Of a stretch of 64,000 nt of DNA, positions 29,332 to 39,688 are shown one piece after another. The DNA lies in the NCBI GenBank assembly GCA_965248755.1, contig OZ252149.1:3904001-3968000 (forward strand). Direction: 5' to 3'. How positions within the stretch are numbered: position 1 is the first letter of the stretch; each line of letters begins with the position of its first letter. Source of the stretch: Candidatus Latescibacterota bacterium (lineage in GTDB: Bacteria; Latescibacterota; CBDEFO01). Position numbers and translations under genes: made by a program. The notes under the pieces were generated by a model. It saw only the letters and a program-made list of their open reading frames with translations, did no database searches and was not told where the DNA came from.

Positions 29332-30093
29332 GTGAAGCTTAAGGAAAAAGTCGCAATCGTAACCGCGTCGGGTGAAGGTATAGGTCGTGCCATTGCAGCC
29401 GCCTTCGCCAGAGAAGGAGCATCGATAGCCGTAATCGATATCGATAGAGAGGCCGCGCAATCAGCCGTTAGTGAGATAGTGTCATCCGGAGGCCACGCAA
29501 TAAGCATCTACGCCGATGTTACTAAGAGTTTGGATGTAAACGGGATGGTTCAGCAAGTCATAGGGGAATTTGAGAGAGTCGATATCCTCGTCAATAATGC
29601 GGGTGGGAGTGCCAGGGCGGAGGCATCACTATTCATCGACTCGAAAGAAGAGGTCTGGGACAAGATAATAGCCCTGAACCTCAAGAGTGCCCTACTATGC
29701 ACCCACGCCGTCCTAAAGGATATGATGAAAAGGAAGAAGGGCAAGATTATCAACTTATCATCAGAAGCTGGCATAGAAGGTAGTTGGGGGCTGGTGGACT
29801 ACGCTGCCACGAAGGCCGCGATAATTGGTTTCACAAGAGCTCTGGCCAGAGAGGTTGGACCCCACGGCATCAACGTAAACTGCATCGCCCCGGGAGTTAT
29901 CGAAACGCCCGCTGTCATGGAAGTTGAGAATCCCCACTACAAATCGCATCGTCAACGCGGCCATGAAAGGAAGATCATACGGCGCTTAGGAAAGCCGGAA
30001 GAAGTCGCAGCCCCCGCAGTCTATCTAGCCTCAGACGAAAGCGACTACGTAATCGGAGAGACGATCAGGGTTGATGGTGGAATAGGATATTAG
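29332..30093 (+). CDS. SDR family oxidoreductase
   Basis: TASGEGIG, NNAG, YAATK, VNCIAPG, VDGG. Confidence 0.92.
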   Translation: MKLKEKVAIVTASGEGIGRAIAAAFAREGASIAVIDIDREAAQSAVSEIVSSGGHAISIYADVTKSLDVNGMVQQVIGEFERVDILVNNAGGSARAEASLFIDSKEEVWDKIIALNLKSALLCTHAVLKDMMKRKKGKIINLSSEAGIEGSWGLVDYAATKAAIIGFTRALAREVGPHGINVNCIAPGVIETPAVMEVENPHYKSHRQRGHERKIIRRLGKPEEVAAPAVYLASDESDYVIGETIRVDGGIGY

Positions 30094-30246
30094 CCTGTCG
30101 GCATACTACGGTTGAGACGGTGTGGCCGTTTCGATTACGTGCTTCTCTTGACAGTGGGTCAGACAGGAGTAGGATTATTAACTCTCTGGTAGTATCATAA
30201 ACACAAGGTGTTACGTAAATTACCTATAGGCCACTTTTGTTCTTTT

Positions 30247-31377
30247 CTACTGTTTTTCTACTGTAAATTTGGCGAACCCACCAAACAACTGATCATCCAA
30301 CCGGCTTGCTGCCTCCTGGTGAACCTCCGGCATCAGATGACCATACCGATCCAGTGTTGTTGTGATAGACGCATGACCAAGTTGATGCTGGATGTACTTG
30401 GGACTTTCCCCTTGGGCGATCAACAGGCTGACATAAGTGTGACGCAGACAGTGAAGCCGCATCTGTCGCATTCCTGCTTTTTTCAGAATACGCTGGAACA
30501 ACTTAGTGAGGTTGTCAGGGTCAAGAGATGTACCAGCCTTCTTACAGAACACTAAATCTTGATCCTGATACTTTGGTCCTATTTGTAACTTCTGCGTGTT
30601 TTGATGTGCTCGGTGTTGTTTGAGAACATCCATCAGGGTTGGAGCAAGATTGATTGCTCGCCTCGACTTAATCGACTTGGGCTCTTGAAACCTGTCCTCA
30701 GGTTTGTCATACCACCTTGATAGACTCTCACAGACGAAGTACTGCCCCCGGTTCCAATCGATGTTACTCCACTTCATGGCCAGCAATTCCCCACGTCTCA
30801 TGCCTGTCATGATTGCGCAGAGGAACGGGGGATAGCTCTCCCCCGATGTGTGCTCCAAGAACAGATGAACTTCCTCTTTAGTCAGAAAGTCCATCTCCTT
30901 TATCTCCTTCTTCGGACGCCTCAGATAAGCTGCCGGACTCTCCCGCAAATAGCCAGTGCGAACTGCATACTTAAATAGAGCTGTCAGCGTTGTCACAAGA
31001 TGGTTGATCGTTGCGGAAGATAGCTTTCCCTCCTTGATCTTCCTTGAGATGAACCCTTGTAGGTCTTCCAAGTGAATGTCTGTAAGAGCTTGGTTCCCGA
31101 AGACAGGTTTGATGTGATCCAGCATGTTCCAGTAAAACTTCTGCGTAGACAGCTTGACGTTGCCCTCCACGTATTCGCTCATCCACTTGTCAGCAAATTC
31201 CACAAGAGTGATCGGCTTCGGCTCGTAATACTTCCCCCCGTGGATCTGATGGACAATCTCCGTTAGCATCCGCTCAGCGTCCTTCTTGTTCGAGCCTGCC
31301 GCCTTCCACTTCTGGCACTTGTCGACGTAGTACTTGATGTAGTATCGATCTCCCTTCTTAACAATGGATCCTCTCAT
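30247..31377 (-). CDS. Tyrosine integrase (phage type)
   Basis: TGMRRGEL, K, HCLRHT, LGH....TLDRYGH; N-terminal arm-binding-like region. Confidence 0.95.
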   Translation of the reverse strand: MRGSIVKKGDRYYIKYYVDKCQKWKAAGSNKKDAERMLTEIVHQIHGGKYYEPKPITLVEFADKWMSEYVEGNVKLSTQKFYWNMLDHIKPVFGNQALTDIHLEDLQGFISRKIKEGKLSSATINHLVTTLTALFKYAVRTGYLRESPAAYLRRPKKEIKEMDFLTKEEVHLFLEHTSGESYPPFLCAIMTGMRRGELLAMKWSNIDWNRGQYFVCESLSRWYDKPEDRFQEPKSIKSRRAINLAPTLMDVLKQHRAHQNTQKLQIGPKYQDQDLVFCKKAGTSLDPDNLTKLFQRILKKAGMRQMRLHCLRHTYVSLLIAQGESPKYIQHQLGHASITTTLDRYGHLMPEVHQEAASRLDDQLFGGFAKFTVEKQ

Positions 31378-31437
31378 CGTTCCCTCTCCTTTGAGATAAG
31401 GGGCAGTTGCAGCGCCTCTGCCCCAAGACTGTCCTAT

Positions 31438-31962
31438 TTATAAGCACGCCTTAACTGCATCTTTGTTGATCTTAATCCCCTCGTTGTGGAACATGTCCAT
31501 TATACCAGACCAGTGATATTCCTCTGCCTTCTTAAAGTCGATCCAATCTTCGTTCTCGTCTGAAGGGCAGTGTTCTTTCATATATTTAATGAACAGCGCG
31601 AATGCCCTCTTATTATTCTCCTTTAGTAAGTCCCGAAGTGCGAACATCCGATTTGTAACGTTTTCCCAATCCTTCGGCCATAGCGTCCTGGGAAGCTGTT
31701 TTTGGCCCTCTTGTGGTGTCGCTTGCGATGCTAGTTCTTTGGAAGGTGAATGTTCATTATCAACCTTGCCATTACCGTTACTACCCAGCTTCAAGTATTC
31801 TCTGACCTTCGTCCGGAGATTGGCGCGCACACTATCCATCTCCACCTCAATGTCCTCACCATCTTCAAGCTCTACATGGAGACCGAGGTCTACACGCCAC
31901 GACTGGTAATCCTTCGTGTAGCTCCGACCGAGTTGAAGATCAAATGATGTTATTTTTGACAT
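31438..31962 (-). CDS. Hypothetical phage-like protein
   Basis: 174-aa ORF with purine-rich RBS, co-oriented with integrase. Confidence 0.7.
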   Translation of the reverse strand: MSKITSFDLQLGRSYTKDYQSWRVDLGLHVELEDGEDIEVEMDSVRANLRTKVREYLKLGSNGNGKVDNEHSPSKELASQATPQEGQKQLPRTLWPKDWENVTNRMFALRDLLKENNKRAFALFIKYMKEHCPSDENEDWIDFKKAEEYHWSGIMDMFHNEGIKINKDAVKACL

Positions 31963-32042
31963 TGACTTTTCCTTTCCTTCTTTGTATATTAGAAGAGAGC
32001 AGAGGAGTAGGGGTGCTCCTCCGCTCTCTGAAACTTTCTTTC

Positions 32043-32444
32043 TCAGGCTACTGCGGTTTCGACTGTGGTAGCCTTTCTTCTTTCATCTCTCCGCTCTTCG
32101 AGCAACCCAGCATCAATAGCGTTGTTGCACTTAAGGCACTCAAAGAGCTGTACCGACCCTTCAGTTGTGTCGCACACTGTATAGGTCATATAGCCCCTGC
32201 AGTGCTGACAGATCGTAGTCTGTGCTACATAAGCTTGATGCGTGCAGACCTGATGTCCGTCGTGGCTATAGCTCCCACCATTGTTTATCAGGGCATCTGG
32301 ACAGTCGCATGTGCCGGATATGATGTCTACGTGATACTGGACATCCTCATGATTCGTCACAGTCCCGATGCCGTCCTGGATCAAGTAGATTCGATAGCCT
32401 TCCTCTACCGCTGTCTGAAGATCTGCCTTTCTCATCAGTTTCAC
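32043..32444 (-). CDS. SWIM-type zinc finger plus zinc-ribbon protein
   Basis: CDCPD...CTH and CQHC...CLKC; GGAGG RBS. Confidence 0.7.
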   Translation of the reverse strand: MKLMRKADLQTAVEEGYRIYLIQDGIGTVTNHEDVQYHVDIISGTCDCPDALINNGGSYSHDGHQVCTHQAYVAQTTICQHCRGYMTYTVCDTTEGSVQLFECLKCNNAIDAGLLEERRDERRKATTVETAVA

Positions 32445-32489
32445 CTCCTTTGTTGCTTAAGATCCTAATTATATTGCCTATTCTACTAC

Positions 32490-32594
32490 CTATAATATAT
32501 AATGTACTGCTTAGTATGTCAAGCATTTTATTCAGGACAATACAATTTATTTTTAGAATGCTTGACATTATGCATTATAGACTATATATTATAG
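32490..32594. promoter_or_regulatory. Mirror-symmetric divergent promoters
   Basis: TGCTTGACAT-N16-TATATTATAG on both strands (-35 boxes at 32517-32522 minus and 32562-32567 plus). Confidence 0.7.
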
Positions 32595-32620
32595 AGTGAA
32601 ACTGGACGGAGGTTAAATTT

Positions 32621-32836
32621 TTGATCATCTGTAAACTTAATGAGCTAATGGGAAAGCAACGAAAGAGGGTTTCCGATTTAGCAAGAGAGACGGCTTTAAA
32701 TCGCAATACAATTACAAGCTTCTATAGTGATAATGCACAAGGCATTAACTATAACACCTTAGACAAGCTCTGCAAGGCATTAGAATGCACTCCTGGTGAT
32801 CTCCTCGAATACATCCCTGATGAGAGTTCCCTATAA
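32621..32836 (+). CDS. XRE/Cro-type HTH regulator (HTH_26-like)
   Basis: TLDKLCKALECTPGDLLEY; GGAGGT RBS before TTG. Confidence 0.88.
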   Translation: MIICKLNELMGKQRKRVSDLARETALNRNTITSFYSDNAQGINYNTLDKLCKALECTPGDLLEYIPDESSL

Positions 32837-32849
32837 AGGCCACGTTCTT

Positions 32850-33100
32850 CCTTCCAACTTCTGCAACTTCGGATTCAGGCTGGAGAAGTTAAAAACCCTT
32901 ACTGTGACTGACTTTCAGTAACTTCTTCTACTTCTTGTGGGAGAGATGTACCCCTGTGTGTCTGGTGCGGATTGTTGCCAACTTTTCACACCACACACCC
33001 CCTGTCTCTTTAGTTGGAGAAGTGGAAGAAGTATGTAAAAGCCAGATAGTAGCTGACAAAACCACTTTTCCACCCCTTTTCTGAAGTTGGAGAAGTTCAA
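32850..33100. repeat. Iteron-like nested inverted repeats, putative replication origin
   Basis: aacttctgcaacttc (32856) vs gaagttggagaagtt (33083); acttcttctacttct (32921) vs agaagtggaagaagt (33018). Confidence 0.55.
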
Positions 33101-33161
33101 TGATCTGTGCGCTCTATCACCACTACTGGTGCCGTCATAGCATATACCCCCAAAGCCTATC

Positions 33162-35723
33162 CTATGGATCCCGCCATAACCCATCATCGCTGCTATTCAC
33201 AAGACCACAGGAGCCCAGATAGGATTCAGCTTCAGCCTTGGTTATACCACAGGACACCGCAAGTCCTGCTGAGTCTACAAAGCCGCTCATTCCAAGTCGC
33301 TCTACGATATACACCTTAACTTCGTCTCTGTCTATCTGATCAAAGTCCAAACCAGGAGGTGCCTCTTCCTCTACTACCCCGTCTGGAGAACCATCACGAG
33401 CAGATTCCAGCTTGGGCATTTTCTCCATCCCATCCAGCCGTTTTTTGAGATCCTCTGGCGTCAGAAGCCCTTCGACCTCCGGTGCATCTGGATCCCCACT
33501 GAATTCCAACTTGTATTTGTAAGCTTTCCCCTGTCCACCTTCCTGTACCTCGATATATTCCAGTTGTATGAGCTGCCCCAACTGCTTGACCAGATCCTTA
33601 TCATTACTGAAGTCATAGTCCATCTTTTTGCCGTGCTCCTGAACGTTTTTGCGCGTGAGGCTAGCTTCCGCTATCCCTTTTATATTCACGTAATCCATAA
33701 TTACCTTCAACACTTTTCGACTCCTGTCTGATAGCTCATCCAGCGTCCGCCGCAGTACCTTTAAACCGATTTCATAGGACAGCTTATAATCCTGTAAATC
33801 AGCCACGATATACTTAATTCCATCATTTGTTTCTTTGATCTGCCTCTGTTTCTGGTGGAGGAATGCAATAACTTTGATAAACTGTACAAACCGAGCACTG
33901 TCCCTACGATTCCTTATGGTATCTGCTGGAAATTGCAATAAGTGGGCATAGGGGATACTCACTTCAATACGCTCCAACAGACGCTGGACGTTGTGATGGA
34001 GCTTCTTGACCTGTTCTCGCTTGGGACTATCGGACAGATATTCAAGAGAAGCTTTTTTCAAATTGAAACTGACTATCTCCTTTGTCTGTTTAACCGACTC
34101 ATCTAAGTACATTTCAAAAATACGTGTGGAGTTTTCATCATAGACATCCCCTGCCGTTGTGGTCACAACTGTCGCACAGTAAACATCCTTCTCATCTACA
34201 TCGGCTTTCATCTTATTTGTCTGGGGATCTTGGATCGTCACAAGTCTGGCTAATCTTCCCTCCGATTGTAGGACCCTGAGCGTTGGCATTATTTCGTCCG
34301 CACCATCAAGCTCCTGAATTAGTAAGAACTTGTGCTGGATGTCCTCTTCGTTCACATACTCCAACGCCCTTGCCGATACGCTGGATAAGATCAACTTCCC
34401 CTCCGGTGGAATGAACTCTGCAATTATATTGACCAGATAAGATTTTCCTGTAGAACTTTGCGCAAAGATGATAACGTTTATCGGAACTTCCATCAAGCGG
34501 CTGGTAGCTGCCAGATAGAGGAACTTTATGTTGATCTCTTCTCCCACAATACCTCCTGCCTCTGAGATGTCCTTTTGAATCCGCTGCAAGAGGTGTGGAT
34601 CTTTGAGATACTCCAGTGCTTGCCGCTTCTCCTCCTCCGATAGAGTAAATTGGACTTTCTTCTCTTCCCCCAAGCGCTCGAACTCCTCCATCTGTGCTTG
34701 TTTGTCCAGTTCCTCTCGAAGTTTGGTAATGTTAGCCTTGAGAGCTCTCCCAGCAGCATAGTCGAAACAATTAAACTTTTTAGTGAATTTCTGGATGTAG
34801 CCTTCCTGTTTGAGTTTGTTTAACGTTGCAAGGTCATTTAAAAGCCCGCGCTCCTCAATCTCTCCTGTAAGGTCATATAGCTCCAGATCAGGGGAAAGTT
34901 CATCGATAGCTTTATCTATGTCCACGTGATCCGGTTCGCCGGAAGATTTCTTTTCTTCTGCCTTTTCTATGCTTCTGATGACATTCCACAATTCTTTTTC
35001 ATCAAGAGGTGGATTGTTATTCTGATTCCAAACAGACATGATAGCAAGAACTTCGTCCACTGAAAGCCCCTGTCTGATAAATTTTCCAGCCAGCCTTGCG
35101 GCCGTATCGTTTCGCTGCCCTTCAGGGACACCTTCGGCGATTTCAGATAAGAGCGGTTTGCCATTATAGACTCCCGTAGATTCTTTGTACATATCTATAA
35201 TCCACTGTGGACATTCTGCTGGCCCCTGTTTATCAGGTCCGATTTGCCACTCATAAAGTCCGTTATCGTTATGTGATGGTGGTACAACAACATAGCCCCC
35301 ATTAGCTCGTAGATCTATCCCTCTCCGCTTTGCGAAATTCCTCAGTAGCCGTGCATCCTCTTCCTCCTTTGGCATGGCAAAGAAATAGTGACGCCCACCA
35401 GATCCAGTTTTACTGTATACAGTAGGCGTTCCGTCGTCCAACTCTTTAAATGTCTTCATCCCTTCTTCGCCATCGATATCGACCACTACTAAGTTTGAGA
35501 TCGTTCCCGTAACTATACCTATCTGAGCATCCGGATACTGTTCTGCCCATATTTCAATCTGTTCTCTATCTACTCCTATCCTTTGCAATTCTCTCCACTC
35601 CACACAGGGAACTTTATTCTTCCACACCGGCATAGGTGTCCAACCATATTTTAGATACCGCACCGCCGCTTCTCTGAAGTTACCTCTCGATTTCATTCTC
35701 TTCCTCGCCGGGGAAAACTTCAT
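33162..35723 (-). CDS. Bifunctional primase-polymerase (Prim-Pol) + PriCT-1 + P-loop ATPase/helicase-like replication protein
   Basis: IGIVTG..S.LVVVDID, TGSGGRHYFF, GGYVVVPPS; EG.RND; Walker A-like AQSSTGKS. Confidence 0.88.
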   Translation of the reverse strand: MKFSPARKRMKSRGNFREAAVRYLKYGWTPMPVWKNKVPCVEWRELQRIGVDREQIEIWAEQYPDAQIGIVTGTISNLVVVDIDGEEGMKTFKELDDGTPTVYSKTGSGGRHYFFAMPKEEEDARLLRNFAKRRGIDLRANGGYVVVPPSHNDNGLYEWQIGPDKQGPAECPQWIIDMYKESTGVYNGKPLLSEIAEGVPEGQRNDTAARLAGKFIRQGLSVDEVLAIMSVWNQNNNPPLDEKELWNVIRSIEKAEEKKSSGEPDHVDIDKAIDELSPDLELYDLTGEIEERGLLNDLATLNKLKQEGYIQKFTKKFNCFDYAAGRALKANITKLREELDKQAQMEEFERLGEEKKVQFTLSEEEKRQALEYLKDPHLLQRIQKDISEAGGIVGEEINIKFLYLAATSRLMEVPINVIIFAQSSTGKSYLVNIIAEFIPPEGKLILSSVSARALEYVNEEDIQHKFLLIQELDGADEIMPTLRVLQSEGRLARLVTIQDPQTNKMKADVDEKDVYCATVVTTTAGDVYDENSTRIFEMYLDESVKQTKEIVSFNLKKASLEYLSDSPKREQVKKLHHNVQRLLERIEVSIPYAHLLQFPADTIRNRRDSARFVQFIKVIAFLHQKQRQIKETNDGIKYIVADLQDYKLSYEIGLKVLRRTLDELSDRSRKVLKVIMDYVNIKGIAEASLTRKNVQEHGKKMDYDFSNDKDLVKQLGQLIQLEYIEVQEGGQGKAYKYKLEFSGDPDAPEVEGLLTPEDLKKRLDGMEKMPKLESARDGSPDGVVEEEAPPGLDFDQIDRDEVKVYIVERLGMSGFVDSAGLAVSCGITKAEAESYLGSCGLVNSSDDGLWRDP

Positions 35724-36009
35724 CTTGTATTCGTTTTACTTCTTCGTGATCATCACCGGCGGATATCATAATAAGTTGACAAATGAAATAGTGTAACCAC
35801 CCGTTTAAATGATAAGCGCTCGCTGCCAACTCGTTTAAAGGCTCAGTAAGCCGCTTTACATTCATGATGTCGATAACCTGTGGCTTGTTTGCAGGTTGTA
35901 TTTTTACATGTAGAAGCCTCTTGAAATCTTCCATGGCTTCCATCATGTCGTTAAGAAGCATCCCTGGTTGACCTCCCTGCTCCACAACATCTTTTACTGT
36001 TCGATGCAC
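35680..36009 (-). CDS. Hypothetical protein
   Basis: GAGGTG RBS; overlaps the start of the replication gene. Confidence 0.55.
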   Translation of the reverse strand: MHRTVKDVVEQGGQPGMLLNDMMEAMEDFKRLLHVKIQPANKPQVIDIMNVKRLTEPLNELAASAYHLNGWLHYFICQLIMISAGDDHEEVKRIQDEVFPGEEENEIER

Positions 36010-36278
36010 AATATCACCTCATCAAGTTGTGTGGCCATCTGACAATCTCCACTCCTTGTTTTCAAGAACTTGCAGTTGCTGAATAATAGCCCAAGAATTA
36101 GATTCTCTTCCTTAAGTGCGCTTCCATTCCCAGCTCTTGACGTCAACCTGTTCCAAAAGCTGCTGCTGAAGGCGTTGCTAGAAGATTAACACGTTGCATC
36201 TTCTTCATATCCATATTCTCCGGGGCAATTCTACTTAACTCACACGTGTCAATACGTCAAGCTCCTTTGACATGGCTC

Positions 36279-36590
36279 TCACCTTAATCCATCATCAACG
36301 CTGCCCCGGTGGAATCGTTGAAACCATTTCAGGACTTCGTCTTTATCAAAGGTTAGGTATTTGCCACATTTGAAGTGCGGAATCTGTCCTGTACGCGTGC
36401 GATCGTAGATCCAGGAGAGAGGGACCCTCAGCATTTCCGCGACCTCCTTAACCTTAAGCATCGTAGATCCGTCAGGTATTACCTTCTTGCCCTTCCATAC
36501 AGGTTGTGTATCCTGTTCCTTTCGATCTCCTCCGAATTTCTCCAACTGTCGACCATTTACCTTCCTGTCTTTCGTACCCATATTATCCAT
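36279..36590 (-). CDS. Excisionase-like HTH_17 DNA-binding protein
   Basis: LKVKEVAEMLRVPLSWIY....G.IPHFK.GK...F. Confidence 0.85.
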   Translation of the reverse strand: MDNMGTKDRKVNGRQLEKFGGDRKEQDTQPVWKGKKVIPDGSTMLKVKEVAEMLRVPLSWIYDRTRTGQIPHFKCGKYLTFDKDEVLKWFQRFHRGSVDDGLR

Positions 36591-36921
36591 TATGATACCT
36601 TTCAGTTAATTTCCTTCGTCTGGCAGGGTTCTGGTCGAATATAGCTATAATCGAAATTTTTAGTTTTTCTGCCATACATGGTCTCCTGTATTGTCTTTAT
36701 GTTATTTTACGTGATATTCTTCTTGACCTGTGCAAACATTTATCGTATCTTGTGTACAGGAAGAGGGGGACGCCGTACCCCAAAATTAAAGGGGCACTTT
36801 CTATCCGGCATAGAGGGATAAATACCTTCACCAGTATTTCCTTGCCTGACTGAAATGATCAGGCGTATGCTTCTTTTCTTTTCCTATTTGCGCTTATCGC
36901 CCTGCCCGGCGATGGGCGCTT

Positions 36922-37152
36922 TTACTTTGGTGTAGTTGCCTCCCGATCCTCCAAAAATATTTCCCCTACATTAACCCCAAGTCCATCCGCGATCCTCTGT
37001 TGTTCATCTTCTCTGGGCCGAATCCACCCATGCAAGATTGCTGAAAACTTCTGCTCTATAATCTTGGCTTGTTTCGCTAAACTGCGGTGAGATCGCCCGC
37101 TCCTTGCTATTTCAATTTGCAGCGCTCTATTCGTGTAGGGAGTGCTGTGCAT
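36922..37152 (-). CDS. XRE-family HTH protein
   Basis: LA.QA.I....FS.IL.G..P......IA..LGV.V.EIF; GGAGG RBS. Confidence 0.75.
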   Translation of the reverse strand: MHSTPYTNRALQIEIARSGRSHRSLAKQAKIIEQKFSAILHGWIRPREDEQQRIADGLGVNVGEIFLEDREATTPK

Positions 37153-37485
37153 CTAAACCTCCTTCTAATACCAATAAAGTTTGAAGGGAACTCCGTTACA
37201 TGCAATAGTAATATAACCAATGTTGCTCATCTTCGCAAGGTCTACTTTCTAGAGCCACAACTCTTTGCGGAGATATATAGTTCCCCTTACACTTCCACGA
37301 TAGGCGAGTATACTGCACGAGGGGAACTTGGAAAGCAAACGTATTAGCAAGTTCCCCTAATTGGTGTTATTACAGGGGATATGAAATTGTGAGGGAATAT
37401 AAGTTTTTCGGAGGAGAGAACAAAGAAGCTGTGGAACTCATTGATATTACAGAGGATACAAAACTAATAGAATATATAATGTTTT

Positions 37486-38262
37486 TTAAGTATTTTTTCG
37501 GAGCCTCATTTTTTTCTTTTCCTCGTTGTCAAATTGTCTTGCATGATCCGTGTCCGGGCAAAAGTATCGGCCAGATTGCGCTGTTCGGTATGCGATAAAA
37601 TAAGGGCTCCCTTCAGGACAGTTCTTCCAGTGGCAGCGTTGGACTTTCCACAGTATGTCCCGATTATCCTCTATAAAACAGATAATATCTCGTGTTAGAT
37701 AGAAAGTTGTCGTATCCAGTTCACTGAGATCAGCGTCCAGCCTCCTGTGAAACTTGATCAGTCTGACAGTGGCTTTTTGTAATACCTCAACGGTTCCATC
37801 ACCAAAAGAAAGCGACGGTAACGTTGGGAGTATCTCTTCACTATATAGATAGTACCAGTCGTTTATATCCTTTAGAACACCCCTGTCACTTTCACTTATT
37901 ACGCCTATATTTATGCTCTCTTTCCCTATCTTGTAATACTCGTGCTCTCCTTTTGCCATCTCCAGCAATACTTCAAAGCGGTTCTTAATGCGTTTGATGC
38001 AGGCTTTCCAATTAGGAAAACTGGATTCTAAAAGGTACTCCTTATGAGCTTTAAGTTGAGGATGATCTACAATCTCCGGTAGTATCGATGGTGTAGCCAT
38101 GAGCCCATCTTTGTCAAAAGAGTCTCTGACAAAGTCCAAAAAGTTCATGACATCTTCTGCCTTGTCAAACTTCGTATTCAGGAATCTCATGAATAGGGGT
38201 ATTTTCTCTTCTTTACTATGCTTATCTGAACGTGTTTTGCTTTTCTTCATTCTCCTTGCCAT
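37486..38262 (-). CDS. Hypothetical protein with CGNR-like zinc finger tail
   Basis: RCHWKNC...YF.......YFC followed by a basic tail; GGAGG RBS. Confidence 0.6.
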   Translation of the reverse strand: MARRMKKSKTRSDKHSKEEKIPLFMRFLNTKFDKAEDVMNFLDFVRDSFDKDGLMATPSILPEIVDHPQLKAHKEYLLESSFPNWKACIKRIKNRFEVLLEMAKGEHEYYKIGKESINIGVISESDRGVLKDINDWYYLYSEEILPTLPSLSFGDGTVEVLQKATVRLIKFHRRLDADLSELDTTTFYLTRDIICFIEDNRDILWKVQRCHWKNCPEGSPYFIAYRTAQSGRYFCPDTDHARQFDNEEKKKMRLRKNT

Positions 38263-38698
38263 CGCCTATTCCTCCGATCTCATCCCTCTTTTATCTTGCC
38301 ATGAGTTTCCTTGTCGAATATTCGTAGACTACTGATCGTCTAACTGTGATCTCCGTTTGGGTACGATTCTTTGAGTTTTTAAAGTGCCTTAGAATTGATC
38401 TGTGGGGGTGAATTTTCATCTTGAATCTCTTACCTATCCCCAAGTGGTCAGTTGGGTCAAAATAGCCCGTGCCTTATACTCCCAGAGATATTGATGCCTT
38501 TGCTGGTAGATTTCAACTACAGACTGTTCCCTGAAATGATCCGATCACGCCTGTACAGGGGGCAATATCACTGTAGAATCGATTCTTTTGACACTGATGG
38601 TATATTCCCCCTGGCTCATTTGAAGCGATTCCTGGGCTATTAGATGACGATTCGGACGCTTTGAGGTCATCTACGAGGCTTGAAAGAGGACTTCCCCT

Positions 38699-39583
38699 TT
38701 ATTTGTTGAAGGTTGACTTGATTCGGCCACAGGTGTCAGCTTCAACCGATACCCAGATGCTGGAATCAAAGGGGGCCAGGTGATAGTCGACGAAGTTGTC
38801 GGCATGATTGTCCAATCTTGTGGCCCCGCTGTTCGTCCAGAAACCGTTGTAGCCATCAACTTCGAGATCGTCATCGTCTATAACGGCAAAGCCTACTCCG
38901 ATTATCGTGCCTTCTTCATAGATATGTATTACGCTGTCATCAACACTCCTAAAATCTATATCGTCAAATCCCATGAAGTATGTCTCCACATTCAGCGTTC
39001 CTGGTCCACCTGCTTCACCTTGAAAGGTCCAGTGCAGGTCGGCATAAGGAGGCAATCCGGGCCACAAGGCTGCTCCCCAAAACCAGATCGGATGCTCTCT
39101 TTTCAGAAAATAGTGATAGTTCTGAGCCTGAGCTGAGTTGTACCTGTCCGGGTCCAGATCCAGCTTGTGCATATCTTGGTACTGGCCACCGCTGTGATCA
39201 GCATCGATGACCCACTCGAGCATCTCGTAAATGCCTTCTGATGCTTGGTAAAGAGAGACGTCGTCGTACCTATCCTCCATCGTATATATCAGGTTGGTCA
39301 CCGGACTCCATCCCACGATTATCCTTTCGGCAAGGCTAGAGGAGTCCGGATCCCCTAGGCCCCTGACAGTCTCTATCAGATCATTGTGAGTCACCCACAG
39401 CGAATCAGGGACGTTAGCCCACTCGCTAAGGTCGCCGTCTACTTCAATATTCTTGAACTCACTGGTATTGACAGGCACCTGGATAGCAACGAAGGTCTTA
39501 TCTGACCGCAGGTGAGCAGAACCCATACTGATAGCAAGAAACACGAATCCCAGCGCTATGAATACCGCAAATAGTGTTTTCAG
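38699..39583 (-). CDS. Secreted acidic protein, CBM9/DOMON-like; possibly decaying
   Basis: I.VDGDLSEW motif; signal peptide starting at CTG after GAAAGGA; tail SVEADTCGRIKSTF. Confidence 0.6.
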   Translation of the reverse strand: MKTLFAVFIALGFVFLAISMGSAHLRSDKTFVAIQVPVNTSEFKNIEVDGDLSEWANVPDSLWVTHNDLIETVRGLGDPDSSSLAERIIVGWSPVTNLIYTMEDRYDDVSLYQASEGIYEMLEWVIDADHSGGQYQDMHKLDLDPDRYNSAQAQNYHYFLKREHPIWFWGAALWPGLPPYADLHWTFQGEAGGPGTLNVETYFMGFDDIDFRSVDDSVIHIYEEGTIIGVGFAVIDDDDLEVDGYNGFWTNSGATRLDNHADNFVDYHLAPFDSSIWVSVEADTCGRIKSTFNK

Positions 39584-39619
39584 CGTGATATCCTTTCGTT
39601 GTGGATGACTAACTGGATC

Positions 39620-39688
39620 CTACCGCATCAAGACCAGCTTTCTTGTCTGAACAAATCCATCCGCTTCCAATCGATACAGATAGACTCC
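39620..39688 (-). pseudogene. Orphan tail of an FlgD-like C-terminal domain
   Basis: Translates GVYLYRLEADGFVQTRKLVLMR*, close to the M6 protease end GVYLYRMESDGFVKTRKMVLMK. Confidence 0.75.

Noticed and set aside
30094..30246. tRNA or att core next to the integrase
   Set aside because: No cloverleaf or T-loop motif, and no matching direct repeat found by eye at the other end; the cataa...ttacgtaaat motif has a 10-bp spacer, too long for dif
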